DNA of 35,083 nt. Origin: Octopus sinensis (Eukaryota). How positions within the stretch are numbered: the first letter of the stretch is position 1; each line of letters starts with the position of its first letter. The stretch covers positions 1-35,083 of the forward strand of contig NW_021829911.1 in the NCBI RefSeq assembly GCF_006345805.1, given 5' to 3'. Of this stretch, positions 23,863 through 35,083 are shown one piece after another. Made by a program: the position numbers and the translations under genes. A model generated the notes under the pieces. It did no database searches. It was not told the DNA's origin and was given only the letters and a program-made list of their open reading frames with translations.

Positions 23863-24120
23863 AAATATATATCGGTATTAGTTTACTAATTGAAAAAGCT
23901 TGGTAAGAATTGCGTTTAAATGGTAGCTCAAATTACGATAGCTAGAAATAGTGTGAGGCAGAAAGGGATTTTAGATATCTTTGTTCCCTAGAGTGAAAGA
24001 TATTGTCCCTATTTTTTACCCCAAACCCGTCACTTTTGGTCTTTTACAGGTTCTCAGTCACTGACCTGAGGTCATACTGGGGAATAGCCTTCAAGGGTTT
24101 TAGTCATATCGATTCTGAAA

Positions 24121-24510
24121 TTTTTTTTATTAGTTTCAGCTCAAAAGATGCTGTCAAGATGGGGCACCGCCGATGGCTTTGTTACAGTTTCACTATTTGA
24201 AACTTGCTCGTGCGTATATATGGCTTTTGGTGAATGAGGGAGCTTGATGCTGCTGCACTCATCTGCGTTTCTTGCTGCGAGGTAGATTCATCTGGAACTT
24301 TTGAAACAAGGATGTCAGGTTTGGAATTGAGTACACCTACATCGACGCCATGAAGGTCCCATAGGCTTTTGGGAAAATATTCGAAGAACTCTAGGACCTT
24401 GAAAGTCATGTTGCTGCAGTATGTAATCCTGTATCCTGATGGCAATTTTCAGTGTGTTGACACTCTGCAGTGGCGCCTCTTTCTGGTGTTTGTTTAACTT
24501 TCAATGCCTT
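24121..24510 (-). mobile_element. Old 3' fragment of the CR1-group LINE family at 31366-34277
   Basis: ORF 24182-24445 (FKVLEFFEYFPKSLWDLHGVDVGV...SKVPDESTSQQETQMSAAASSSL) aligns to [24 protein letters not shown]...[21 protein letters not shown]. Same GGCGGTGCCCC..GAGCTGAAACT end plus an A-rich tail. Confidence 0.85.
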
Positions 24511-24611
24511 TGTTTGGGACAAGATCTTCTTTAGGTTGTAATGTACAAACCATAAAAGCATAATATAAAAATGGCATCTACACAGATACACACACACACA
24601 CACCACACACA

Positions 24612-24655
<44 letters not shown>

Positions 24656-24996
24656 TTTTATGCATTACATACACATTATTTGATTATCTGTTTGGAAAAT
24701 TTCTGATAGGATGTAACTAACACGTTTTCTACTTCATGTTCAATTTTGTAACTCCTATTAGCAAATGAAACAATTGTGATGGTACATAAATAATACCAAA
24801 GTTTTTTTCCGATCTCCTCTTTTGATATAACTCCACATGAAATATTTTTCATTATTTTCATTATTTTCCATTATTTACATACCTCGCACATATGTAACAT
24901 CTGCAAATGGATCTGGAATACCGAAATAAGCACGTGTGCTTCAAAAGACGACAGCTTGAATTATATGTATGTATGTGTGTATGTGTGTGTGTACAT

Positions 24997-25348
24997 AACT
25001 CGTGTTATCTTCTGAGCAAGTTTCAAGTTGAGTTATATAAACCGTGGATCGAGTAGATGAAATAATTCGAATGTGTGTGTGTGTGTGCGTATGTATGCAC
25101 GTATATATGCATATCCATCTATCTAGCTATATGCATATAGATATAGAGATAGATAGAGATAGATAGATAGATAGATAGATAGATATAAATACATACATAC
25201 ATATATACGTACATACGTTCCTACACACGCACGCACACACACACACACACACACACACATATTCGAATACTTGCTGTGCAGATGTCATCTACTCAATCCG
25301 CGGTTTATATTATCCAACCTGAAGTTTGCGCAGAAGATAACACTAGTT
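24997..25348. mobile_element. MITE-like element: 64-bp imperfect terminal inverted repeats around a microsatellite core
   Basis: 24997-25060 versus the reverse complement of 25285-25348 gives 54/64 matches. The interior is (TG)n, (GATA)n, (TACA)n and (CA)n. Confidence 0.7.
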
Positions 25349-26322
25349 CAACGTGATACACACTGGTATTGAACTATTTGACACATGCTTGTAAATCAAC
25401 GTTCTAAGTCAGGTGGCTGTGCCTGTACCTGTATATATTTATACTTATTTATAATTAAATTTTACTGTGAAGCCACTTATTTGAAAGCTACAATTTCATG
25501 GGAAAATATGGACATTCCTCCGTTGTCTTACTCTCACACAAATCAAAAGTAAAAATTTCTCCCCTTCTTAGAGAAACGTAATCAAATTGAATTGTTTAGA
25601 GCATGAAGCCGTTTGCAAGATAATTGAAACTTAAGTATAAAGATATCTAGTAGTACAGACACCAGTTATTTCGGTCTAAGGTAAGATGGTACCGCCTTCA
25701 AATTGTCCGACGTAGCCATCATCGTTATCGTCGTCTTCGTCGTCGTCATCATCATCATCAACAACAACATAAGCAGCAACATCGTCAATAACATCACTAA
25801 CTATAACACTACATTTCCATAATGGCAGTTTAGTTCTGGATCTGAATTTGATTATACATTTTACAGCGTATATGAACTATTATTAAGTTACATTAGTAAA
25901 AGCGACATGGTCAACTTGGAGACCGCATCAACCATTAATCAAGATTTAAGTTTAGTTAATAATATCAGTACTGGAAAGGAAAGATTTAGACATTTTATAA
26001 CATTCCTTTCCTGATCGCAAATATCTAAACAGAGAGGGTATGTTTTCACTGTTAATCTATATGAAGCGTAATTTTCGACAAGAAAATTAACAAGTGAGCA
26101 TATATTGATATTTATACCATCAGCATTTGTAGAAAGGAACGCTGCTCTCTTCAAATATTTTATCATATATGCATATATATGTGGTTTGTGTGAATGCAAG
26201 TATGAATATGTACGGATGTATGTATCGACGTATGGATAAAAATTCCCAAACACATACACACATGTATATATACATATATACATGTGTATATACATATATT
26301 TATACACACACACACACATGCG

Positions 26323-26374
<52 letters not shown>

Positions 26375-26570
26375 ATATAGTGTACAAATAATTTATGTAT
26401 TCATACGAAGAAGCGGTGACCTTTAACAGGACATCTTACATGCTAGAAAGGGCAGTTAAAGGGAATGAAAATAAAAGTATTTTTCTAGTTACATTTAGAC
26501 TCAAGTTTCTGCATCAATGTGCAAATAAATATATGCATCTGTCTATTCACATACATGCATATTCATATAC

Positions 26571-26608
<38 letters not shown>

Positions 26609-26649
26609 TATACATACATGCATACATATATCTACATATATACATCTAC

Positions 26650-26681
<32 letters not shown>

Positions 26682-26697
26682 CCACATATTTATATAT

Positions 26698-26736
<39 letters not shown>

Positions 26737-27524
26737 CACACACACACACACACGCATACACACACACACACACACACACACACGCGCGCACACAAGCTAT
26801 ACACTTATATATGCTGTTTCCTGAATTGATTTATTTTCTTAGTTTATATCTTAAATGTTTTGTCGTGTCCATGTCTTCTATTCTCTTCGTATTTCTCATA
26901 CTTCCCTGCGATCAATATTAGTATTATAATAGATTACCAAGTTTGTTTTTTTGGGGAATCGACTATGGAAGAAAGTCTCCCTTCTCCATCAGTTATACTT
27001 ATATGAGATTACAATTATGTATCTTCAAAGTGTTGGACTAGACTTTGTGTCTGGGATTAGAATCTAGTGAACAATATATAATCCCATAGTTGCCTTTAGT
27101 TTGAGAAAAAATAATAACTAAAGCATAATAAACATCTCTGTATAAGTATAGAGAGGCAAACATGTTTAAATATGATATGCGTTTAATCATACGTTAGAGT
27201 GCTGAAAGTATAGATTTTTGGTTCAAAATCATTATGAAATGCATGTTGATGGAGAAATTCGTAGGGAAAAATATACAGAATATTAAGCATGATAAAGTAT
27301 ATACCAACCAACGTTGGAATGTGTAAATATTGATAAGCGAGACATTGAAAGCAATATATGATACATCAAATCAGGATATTTTAGCCAATGTATTATACAG
27401 AAGCATAAAATAATGTAATAGCACATATGTGATACATTTATATACACGTAATATACATTTATTCACATCTAGGAATGAATGAATAAATTAATGGATATAG
27501 CACTTAACACATATATATATATAT

Positions 27525-27770
27525 AAATAAAACATATGCATATATACATACATTTATGTACGTACCTACCTCTACATGTATATATACATGCATATATGGG
27601 TACAGGACACCAAAAAAACGTCGAACACAATGAGAAACGAAAACATAAACACAAAGCCGAGGAAATGGACATTTTTTTAAAACAACGAAAAAATAGAGTA
27701 CGGGACATACAAACAAGGAAAATTCCCCTTCTTCAGTCGCCTAAATTTCATCTACTCCACGTTTTGCGAA
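27525..27770 (-). mobile_element. Dispersed non-autonomous repeat (probably Penelope-like-derived)
   Basis: Homologous to 21362-21500. Minus strand has CTGAAGA (27736-27730) followed by a T-rich tail that ends in a TA/TACA tract. Confidence 0.5.
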
Positions 27771-28644
27771 ATTAGCTCTATCTCTACGGACACTGGGAAG
27801 CAAACTGGCAAAATAGGAACGTGCATTATTTGTGAAAGAGAGAATTTAGGAAAATAAAAGGCCAGTTCTCGTCACACATATGCACAGCAGTTAATAGGTG
27901 AACACTGTTTAAAACAGGAGGAAGACTGAATGTCACGCAATCATCGATGCGTGATATTTGCGAGCTAGCGACATCAGTGCCCAAGTCATGGGAGAGAGAG
28001 TTTAATGCCTGCTCGCTGTTTACGGTCCCGTGAATGTAGTAATAATTCCAAAACAGTAAGATGGGGAGGGGGAAATCAATCCACAACCAATTAATATGAA
28101 TGTTTCATGCTGTTGACATACGCTCTCTATCGGTCTCAGGTTAATGATATGTGTTGATCCTGATACACCACCCTAGAACAGGCTATATATACTCTCCATG
28201 CTACACTTCCAGTATTTACTACCCGCTGTTTCTACATTTCTATGATGCAGGACACCATGCACATGGACGTTAGATATCAGGCACCAATAACTAAGTGAAA
28301 TTAGTCATGCGCCAACTTTAACACGTAGGGTGACTGCACCTAATTCTAGCTACTATTGAAATCTTTCAATGACCCAACGTGACCAGGATTGACAAAAGTG
28401 GGCTAGACTGTTCCTGTAACGATGGTGTTTTATTTTTTTCATGACCTTGCTTTCTAGGCTGTCCATACAATAACCAACATGTGGAACTAAGAAAAATTCT
28501 TTATTATTATTCACACACACACACACACATTCATATCTATTTATACATATATACGAAAACACAAACACTCACACACATGAACACATACGCGCACACGCAT
28601 ACACGCATGCGAATTCATATTAACATAAATATGTAGATATAGCT

Positions 28645-28830
28645 GCGGGCGTGGCTGTGTAGTAAGAAGTTTGCTTCCCAACTACATAGTTGTGGGTTCA
28701 GTCCCATTGCGTAACAACATGGGTAAGTGTCTTCTACTATAGTTTTGGTCCAACGAAAGCCTTGTGAGTGGATACGGCAGACGGAAACTGAAGGAAGTCT
28801 CTCGTATATATGTATATATCTTTGTGTGTG
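28645..28830 (+). mobile_element. tRNA-derived SINE (third family)
   Basis: A-box-like TGGCTGTGTAG at about 28652 and B-box-like GGGTTCAGTCCC at about 28694, followed by a body ending in TA/TG repeats. Confidence 0.65.
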
Positions 28831-29109
28831 TGTCTTTTTGGGGTCTGTGTTTGTCCTTCATTTACTTTTGAAAGCAGGTGTTGGCATGCTTGCGTTGAAA
28901 TATCTTTGGGGTATATTAGAAAACATAAGAAAACCAATCATTCTATTTTGTCACGGAGGAAATTTCTCGCAGTAGACAATTAAGTGTAAACACCTCGAAT
29001 CAGTACGAAGTTCTCACTAGCCAGATTGGTGGATGAATGCATTCTGGAATGGTTATCTCCTCTCAGCATCAGATAACGGAAATTGTAACCCTACCATACG
29101 ACATGAGAT

Positions 29110-29352
29110 AGGTCTCAGACCGGGCGATGTGTGTGTTTATGAGCGAAACACCTAAGTTCCACGCGGCTCCGGCAGAAGGTAATGTCAAAATTCTGCTGAC
29201 TCTTTTGCCACAACTTTCTCTTACACTTTCCTCCTGTATTTTGTAGCTCGCCCGCGCCGGACCGGCGTCCCGTCAAGGTGGGGAACCTATACGCCAAGGA
29301 AACTGGGAAACCGACCTTTATGAGCCAGGGATGGCTTGAGAAGGAACAAACA
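29110..29352 (+). mobile_element. GC-rich short element, probably RTE-derived and non-autonomous
   Basis: GC-rich island starting GGTCTCAGACCGGG (compare TCTGACCGGG at about 11738) and ending in an (AAC/AAAC)n tail. Confidence 0.45.
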
Positions 29353-30689
29353 ACAAAAACAAACTGTTATCGTACTAAGACTAGAAGCGCGAAGCAGTGG
29401 TTCACCTGAAGATAATGTACGAAATAGATGAGCTTAGCAGCGATGTGCAAAATATGTATAAACTATAAATACAGAACGCTGAAACTAAACAAAATGTAGT
29501 TACAGCCCACAGAAAGTAATATGGTATCTGTATTTAAACATTTAAAACCAAATGATGAAGAGTTTAACATTTTAATATTCCTTTATAACTGACACAAATA
29601 CCTCCAAACACCTCTCCGAAAATAAGAGCGAGAAATTTTAGTATTCTATGGAATGTCATGCATCCTAGCCTAGTATGACGACGAGCGAATCATTACATCC
29701 TCGCAGATATACATATAAAATCACAGAATCACATAGACACTTAATATGAGAGTTAAAGTTATATTTTTAAGTGTTCACCAATAAAAATTAAGTATTTGTA
29801 GGTATGTTTACATAGCAGTCCCAGGAATGCCTCTAATATGTAAATTGGTATATCCAATAACTTAACACCGCTGTATGCAGTGGCTATGTAAGCAAATTGG
29901 TCAGAAGCAATAGTGGGTTAGATGAGTGCTCAAGAGGGGGAAACAACCCCCGAAATATGGCATATACACTCAATATCCACTTTAGTCTTCGATCACATTA
30001 TCTGGTTACATCTAACGTACTACGAACCGTATCAAAAATTAATGCTGGCAATAAGTTCTATGGAACTTATCTGTACAAATAACTTTAACAAAAGAAATAT
30101 TTCATCCCACATTCGAAACTAGAATATGCCTGCATTGAGCAGATTGCATTAAAAGGTACATGTATGGAAATATGTCCATTTTCTACGCTCTATAACAAAC
30201 ACTGATGTAAAAAAAATTATTGAAAATATTTAATTTTTGTGCATTTATATGCGTAATTTGAGTGCTTTCTGCAGGTTATTAGATGTAAATAAAGAACTGA
30301 TTTTGATTAGAAATATCTTATAAAACTCTTATTCCTTATATAACGAAAGAAAATATACGAGCAAGTGTAAGTTATGACTGTTAATTTTATCGTGTTTCTT
30401 CAAAGTAAATTTATCATCGGTAAACGAAAATCATTTTACTATATTCAGGTTGTTTAGGCTAAGTTTGAAGGTTTTGTATTCTCCTTTTCTTAGTAACAGA
30501 ACAGAACGGTTAAATTTGTAGCTGAGAAAATGTTAGATGGCATGAAGGACTTAAAACCATGTGAATATCGGAAAAGAGTTACATATATCATGATGATTCC
30601 CGCCGGCTATCTAAATGTCGACATCGTAACTCAGTACTCTGTGAACACTGTAAAGACTGAAACATTGGCTACGAAGCCATCGTCAGCAG

Positions 30690-31055
30690 AGAGGAACACA
30701 GCTTTCTGACTGCATCTGCATGCCGGAATGCATCCCCGTATCTTTGAACAGGACCTTAGACTCAGTTCCAAAAGCTATTTGAAGTTGCTGGAGACTATTT
30801 GAAGTTGTTGAAGAGGAGTTAACGCTGGAAAGCGAAACATGTGGCAAGATTCGGCTCCAAGCCATACCTCAGAAAAAATTTAGAAATTATTGTCAGGGAA
30901 TTTATATGACTACACCAGTCCCAATTTCTGGCCTTATAATATATGAATTTTGGTGATTCCTTGGATTACTGATTGTGAGATGCAGTTGAAGAATACATCA
31001 ATGGCTCTGTCAACAATGCCAAGCCCAAGTTGTTTGCCAAGATGATGGAAGTGTT
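30690..31055 (+). pseudogene. Tc1/mariner-superfamily transposase relic (DD37D/maT-like catalytic region)
   Basis: Reads RIFEQDLRLSSKSYLKLLET..WQDSAPSHTSEKI*KLLSGNLYDYTSPNFWP..LDY*L*DAVEE, matching the QDSAPxH, WP and PLDYxxWxxVE motifs. Contains stops and frameshifts. Confidence 0.8.
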
Positions 31056-31164
31056 CTAAGAATCTATTTGTGTGTGTGTGTGTATGTGTGTCTGGTTGTG
31101 TCTGCATACATATATATCAATGTCTATATGTATCTAGCTACCCATCTCTCTCTCTCTTTCTTTG

Positions 31165-31365
31165 TGTATATATATATATATGTATATAAGTATATATATA
31201 TGTATATATGTATATATATATATGTATATATGCATATATATATGTATATATGTATATATATATATGTATATATGTATATATATATGTATATATGTATATA
31301 TATATATTGTATATATGTATATATATATATGTATATATATATATATGTATATATGTATATATATA
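31165..31365. repeat. (TA)nTG satellite upstream of the LINE
   Basis: Directly visible. Confidence 0.95.
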
Positions 31366-31366
31366 C

Positions 31367-32686
31367 CTGAAACCGGACATAGCAGATGCGGAGTTACACA
31401 TACCACAGTATGTTGTACTACGGACCGACAGAAAAGAAAAGAGTCATGGAGGAGTAGCTATGTACATCCGTGAGGACCTCACACCACAGGTCATCTTGTC
31501 ATACTCAAACTCGGTGTGTGACACACTAATTGTACATATAAGGCAACTTGATGTAGTTGTGTGTACTATATATCGCCCTCCAGATGCCCCAAGCCATGTG
31601 GGCAAGTTTGAAGACTGCCTTATAAAAATAGAAGAAGTTCTAATCACATTAGAACAACACATAAGTGTACTTCTTATGGGAGACTTCAATCTACCCAATG
31701 TCAGATGGCCCGAGGGCCTTTCTCTCCCAGGAATGACAAGATGTGAACGAGGACAGGCGAGGTCCCACCTGAACCTCATCAACACCCTGTACATGGAGCA
31801 AGTAATACTCCAACCAACCAGGGCAGGTAACACACTGGATCTCTGCTTCACAAATAATATGGATCTCATCCATAATGTGAAAGTGACACCGACACTACTC
31901 TCGGATCACAACATGGTAGAGCTGACCATGTACGGGCCAAAAGAGAGCACGGACATGCAGCCTACAAGAAACCCTCAGAATCTTTCCAGCTTGAACTACA
32001 ATAACGCAAACTGGAAACAAATTGAGAAAGAGATCCTCAAACAAAATTGGCCTAAATGTCTCTCCTCGCCAGACATCGACGTGAAACTTCAACAATTCAT
32101 GTCTGTAACGCAAGCCATAGGCTACAAATGTGTCCCAGAGAGAAAGGCCACTGTACACAAGAACAAAATCCCCAGAGAGAGGAAAATCTTAATGAGACGG
32201 CGTACAAAAATTTCAAATCGCCTAAACAAACAGATTGAAAGCAGTGAAAAGTCCCGCCTGAAAATAAAACTGTTGGAAATTGAAAAATGACTGCAACTCT
32301 CCCATGAAAAGGAAAGAGCAGACAAAGAAGCCTGGGCTATAGACAACATAAAATCTAACCCCAGAGCTTTCTACAGGTATGCCAAAGAAATAGCTACGGT
32401 GCACTGTAGGATAGGGCCACTCCTTGAAAAGGATGGCACACTCACAGGAAAACCAATGAGGGTAAGTGAAATACTGAATGAGCAATTCAAGAGTGTTTTC
32501 ACTCCACCCCTCGGGCATTTCCAAATCACCAATCCAACTGACTTCTTTACCACTGCAGATATAAAATCAGAGGCGGCAACGATAAATTACATCGATATAA
32601 AGGAAGACGGTGTAATAAAGGCCATAGATGAAATGAAAACAGAATCAGCTATTGGCCCCGATGGCAATCCTCCTAAAAGTATGTAA
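31367..32686 (+). pseudogene. LINE apurinic-like endonuclease (APE) domain and linker; N-terminus lost, in-frame TGA at 32288-32290
   Basis: Motifs [29 protein letters not shown] and SDH are present. ORFs 31208-32290 and 32399-32686 are in the same frame, separated by a single stop. The first 53 codons of the listed ORF are microsatellite. Confidence 0.92.
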
Positions 32687-34253
32687 GAGAGTCCTAGCAA
32701 GACCACTGCAGATCCTCTTTCAGAGCTTCCTAGCAGCTGGCAAACTTCCAAGGGGACTGAAGGAAGGTAAAATATGCCCTATTCATAAAGGTGGTAGCAG
32801 AGCAGAGGCCAAGAACTACAGACCTATCTCTCTCACCTCACACATCAGCAAGGTCATGGAACGAATAGTCAGAAGGAAACTAATCACCTTCCTTGAAGAA
32901 AATGACTTGCTGCCTGACACCCAACATGGTTTCCGACCAGGAAGAAGCTGCTTAACACAGCTCCTGCAGCACTATGACTGGGTGCTGAAACAACTGCTCA
33001 ACCACTCAAATGTGGAAGTCATATATCTCGACTTTGCAAATGCCTTTGATAAAGTCGATGATGGAATGATATGTCAAAAACTGCGTGATCTTGGCATAGT
33101 TGGAAAACTAGGAGAATGGCTTCATGACTTTCTGAAGAATAGAAGTCAGGTGGTAGCAGCCAATGTGGCCACTTCCATTAGCACGCAAATAGTGAGCGGT
33201 GTTCCACAGGGCACTGTTTTGGGACAACTACTGTTCATAATGGCCCTCTCAGACATGCCCTCAGCCACGCGGAGAGCCACGATCACAACTTATGCAGATG
33301 ATACAAAAGTTTCACAGGCAATACAGTACCCTGAAGACACTAAGCACCTGCAATGTGAGCTGGACGAAATATACAAGTGGGCTGAAAAGAACAGCATGCA
33401 GTTCAATGCTGAAAAGTTTCAAGCTTTATACTATCAGCATGCAAAACTGAATGCAATACCCAATGAATACACTGGACCCGGAGGGATTGCAATCCCAGAG
33501 GCACAATCAGTGCGTGACCTGGGTATTCACATGAGTGATGACGCAACCTTTCATGTACATGTTGCTAAACTGACAATGAAATGCAGACGGCTGGCTGGAT
33601 GGATTCTTAGAACCTTTAGAACAAGAGAACAAGAAACCATGATGGTCCTCTGGAAGACACTTGTCCTAAGGCACTTTGACTATTGCTCTCAGCTATGGTC
33701 ACCATCCAGTGTCAAGTTGATCACAGAACTTGAGGCGATCCAACGAAGCTACACGAAGAAGATAGCCTCTGTGCAGCATACGAGCTACTGGGAGAGACTC
33801 AAGAGATTAAAGCTCTATTCCCTGGAGCGTAGGCGAGAAAGATATGCCATAATATATATCTGGAAGATCCTGGAAGGTCTTGTCCCAGACTTTGGCATCG
33901 AGAGTCACACAAACGCCAGAACCGGACGCTACTGCGTAGTACCAAGGACTCCAAATTTGCCATCAAGATGTAGGACAAGATATTGTGATAGCCTGGACTT
34001 CAGAGGCCCACGGCTCTTCAATGTCCTCCCGAAGAACCTGAGGGACCTGCATGGTGTAGATGCGGATGTCTTTAAAGTAGGACTGGATCTCTTCCTGTCA
34101 GGTGTCCCGGATGAACCAACTTCACGGCAGGAGGTGCAGATGAGGGCAGCTGCATCGAACTATCTCATGCGTTTGCTAAAAAGCATCCGTGAGGTAAACC
34201 CGTGTAGCAAACCAAATGGCGGTGCCCCAGCATGGCCACAGCTCATTAGCTGA
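32652..34253 (+). CDS. LINE reverse transcriptase domain (open frame after a frameshift near 32663; probably non-functional copy)
   Basis: [54 protein letters not shown] and LERRR motifs of CR1-group RTs. Confidence 0.95.
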   Translation: MAPMAILLKVCKRVLARPLQILFQSFLAAGKLPRGLKEGKICPIHKGGSRAEAKNYRPISLTSHISKVMERIVRRKLITFLEENDLLPDTQHGFRPGRSCLTQLLQHYDWVLKQLLNHSNVEVIYLDFANAFDKVDDGMICQKLRDLGIVGKLGEWLHDFLKNRSQVVAANVATSISTQIVSGVPQGTVLGQLLFIMALSDMPSATRRATITTYADDTKVSQAIQYPEDTKHLQCELDEIYKWAEKNSMQFNAEKFQALYYQHAKLNAIPNEYTGPGGIAIPEAQSVRDLGIHMSDDATFHVHVAKLTMKCRRLAGWILRTFRTREQETMMVLWKTLVLRHFDYCSQLWSPSSVKLITELEAIQRSYTKKIASVQHTSYWERLKRLKLYSLERRRERYAIIYIWKILEGLVPDFGIESHTNARTGRYCVVPRTPNLPSRCRTRYCDSLDFRGPRLFNVLPKNLRDLHGVDADVFKVGLDLFLSGVPDEPTSRQEVQMRAAASNYLMRLLKSIREVNPCSKPNGGAPAWPQLIS

Positions 34254-34277
34254 AACTGGAAAAATCAAAATCAAAAC

Positions 34278-34300
34278 ATATATATATGTATATATATATG

Positions 34301-34333
<33 letters not shown>

Positions 34334-34463
34334 TATGTATATATGTATATATATATATATATATGTATTATGTATATATATATGTATATATATATATATA
34401 CATATGTATATATGTATATATATATTATATATATGTATATGTATATATTTATATATGTATATG

Positions 34464-34510
<47 letters not shown>

Positions 34511-34539
34511 TATGTATATATGTATATATATATATAGTA

Positions 34540-34570
<31 letters not shown>

Positions 34571-34596
34571 ATATATATGTATATATATATATATGT
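34278..34596. repeat. (TA)nTG satellite between the two LINE copies
   Basis: Directly visible, with recurring TATTATGTATATATG variants. Confidence 0.95.
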
Positions 34597-34932
34597 ATCA
34601 AGATGTAGGACATCAAGATGTAGGTCAAGATTCTGTGATAGCCTGGGCTTCCGAGGCCCACAGCTCTTCAATATCGTCCCGAAGAACCTGAGAGACCTGC
34701 ATGGGGTGGATACAGATGTCTTTAAAATGAAGCTGGATCTCTTCCTGTCAGGTGTCCCAGATGAACCAACTTCACGGCAGGAGGGGCAGATGGGGGCAGC
34801 TGCATCGAACTCTCTCATGCACCAAATAGCAGTTGCTAGAAAGCCTCCATGAAGTGAAACCAAGTAGCAACACCAAATGGCGGTACCCCAGCATGGCCAC
34901 AGCTCATAAGCTGAAACTAGAATCAATCAATC
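34597..34932 (+). mobile_element. Heavily 5'-truncated second copy of the same LINE (3' end only)
   Basis: About 90% identical to the main copy (19 mismatches over about 186 nt counted by hand). Ends CAGCTCATAAGCTGAAACTAG plus (AATC)3. Confidence 0.95.

Positions 34933-35083
<151 letters not shown>

Larger units (their letters stand above)
31366..34277 (+). mobile_element. 5'-truncated CR1-group non-LTR retrotransposon (LINE)
   Basis: Contiguous APE and RT coding region with one nonsense codon and one frameshift, a short 3' UTR with a terminal hairpin, and an AAAATC-type tail. Confidence 0.95.

Noticed and set aside
25906-26165. Interrupted frame ending IPSAFVERN, faintly like a hAT dimerisation motif
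   Set aside because: Too little similarity and no other hAT motifs.
27700-27770. CTGAAGA plus AAGG/CCTT stem on the minus strand as a hammerhead
   Set aside because: The stem is followed by GUUU instead of GAAA, so the catalytic core is incomplete.
505-28830. A-box/B-box sequences as tRNA genes
   Set aside because: None folds into a full cloverleaf, and each continues into a repeat body, so they are SINE heads.
31208-31366. N-terminal 53 codons of the 360-aa ORF as a novel extension of the endonuclease
   Set aside because: Pure (TA)nTG satellite that happens to be in frame with the truncated LINE.
31444-32553. Antisense and alternate-frame ORFs over the LINE
   Set aside because: Shadows of the real APE frame with no independent motifs.

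Overview
This is AT-rich, microsatellite-dense eukaryotic DNA with no host gene I can call. The tRNA-headed SINE families and repeat landscape look like a coleoid cephalopod, probably Octopus; this is inferred from recognising the repeats, not from a search. The only convincing coding sequence is a 5'-truncated, lightly decayed CR1-group LINE (APE endonuclease plus reverse transcriptase, about 31366-34277) embedded in (TA)nTG arrays. Two more copies of its 3' end lie at 34597-34932 (+) and about 24121-24510 (-). The rest is SINEs, RTE-LINE fragments, Tc1/mariner relics, a probable non-autonomous Helitron-type element, two inverted-repeat elements, and mini/microsatellites. Almost all listed ORFs are artefacts of microsatellite translation. 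The most interesting signal is a set of short, non-coding, (TA)n-anchored elements carrying minimal type I hammerhead ribozyme motifs with palindromic helix III, of the Penelope-like/retrozyme type. The best copy is at 3927-3979 (-), with a partial, locally inverted sister at 217-270 and decayed relatives at about 7372-7415 and 5160-5190. Most element boundaries are approximate, read by eye.
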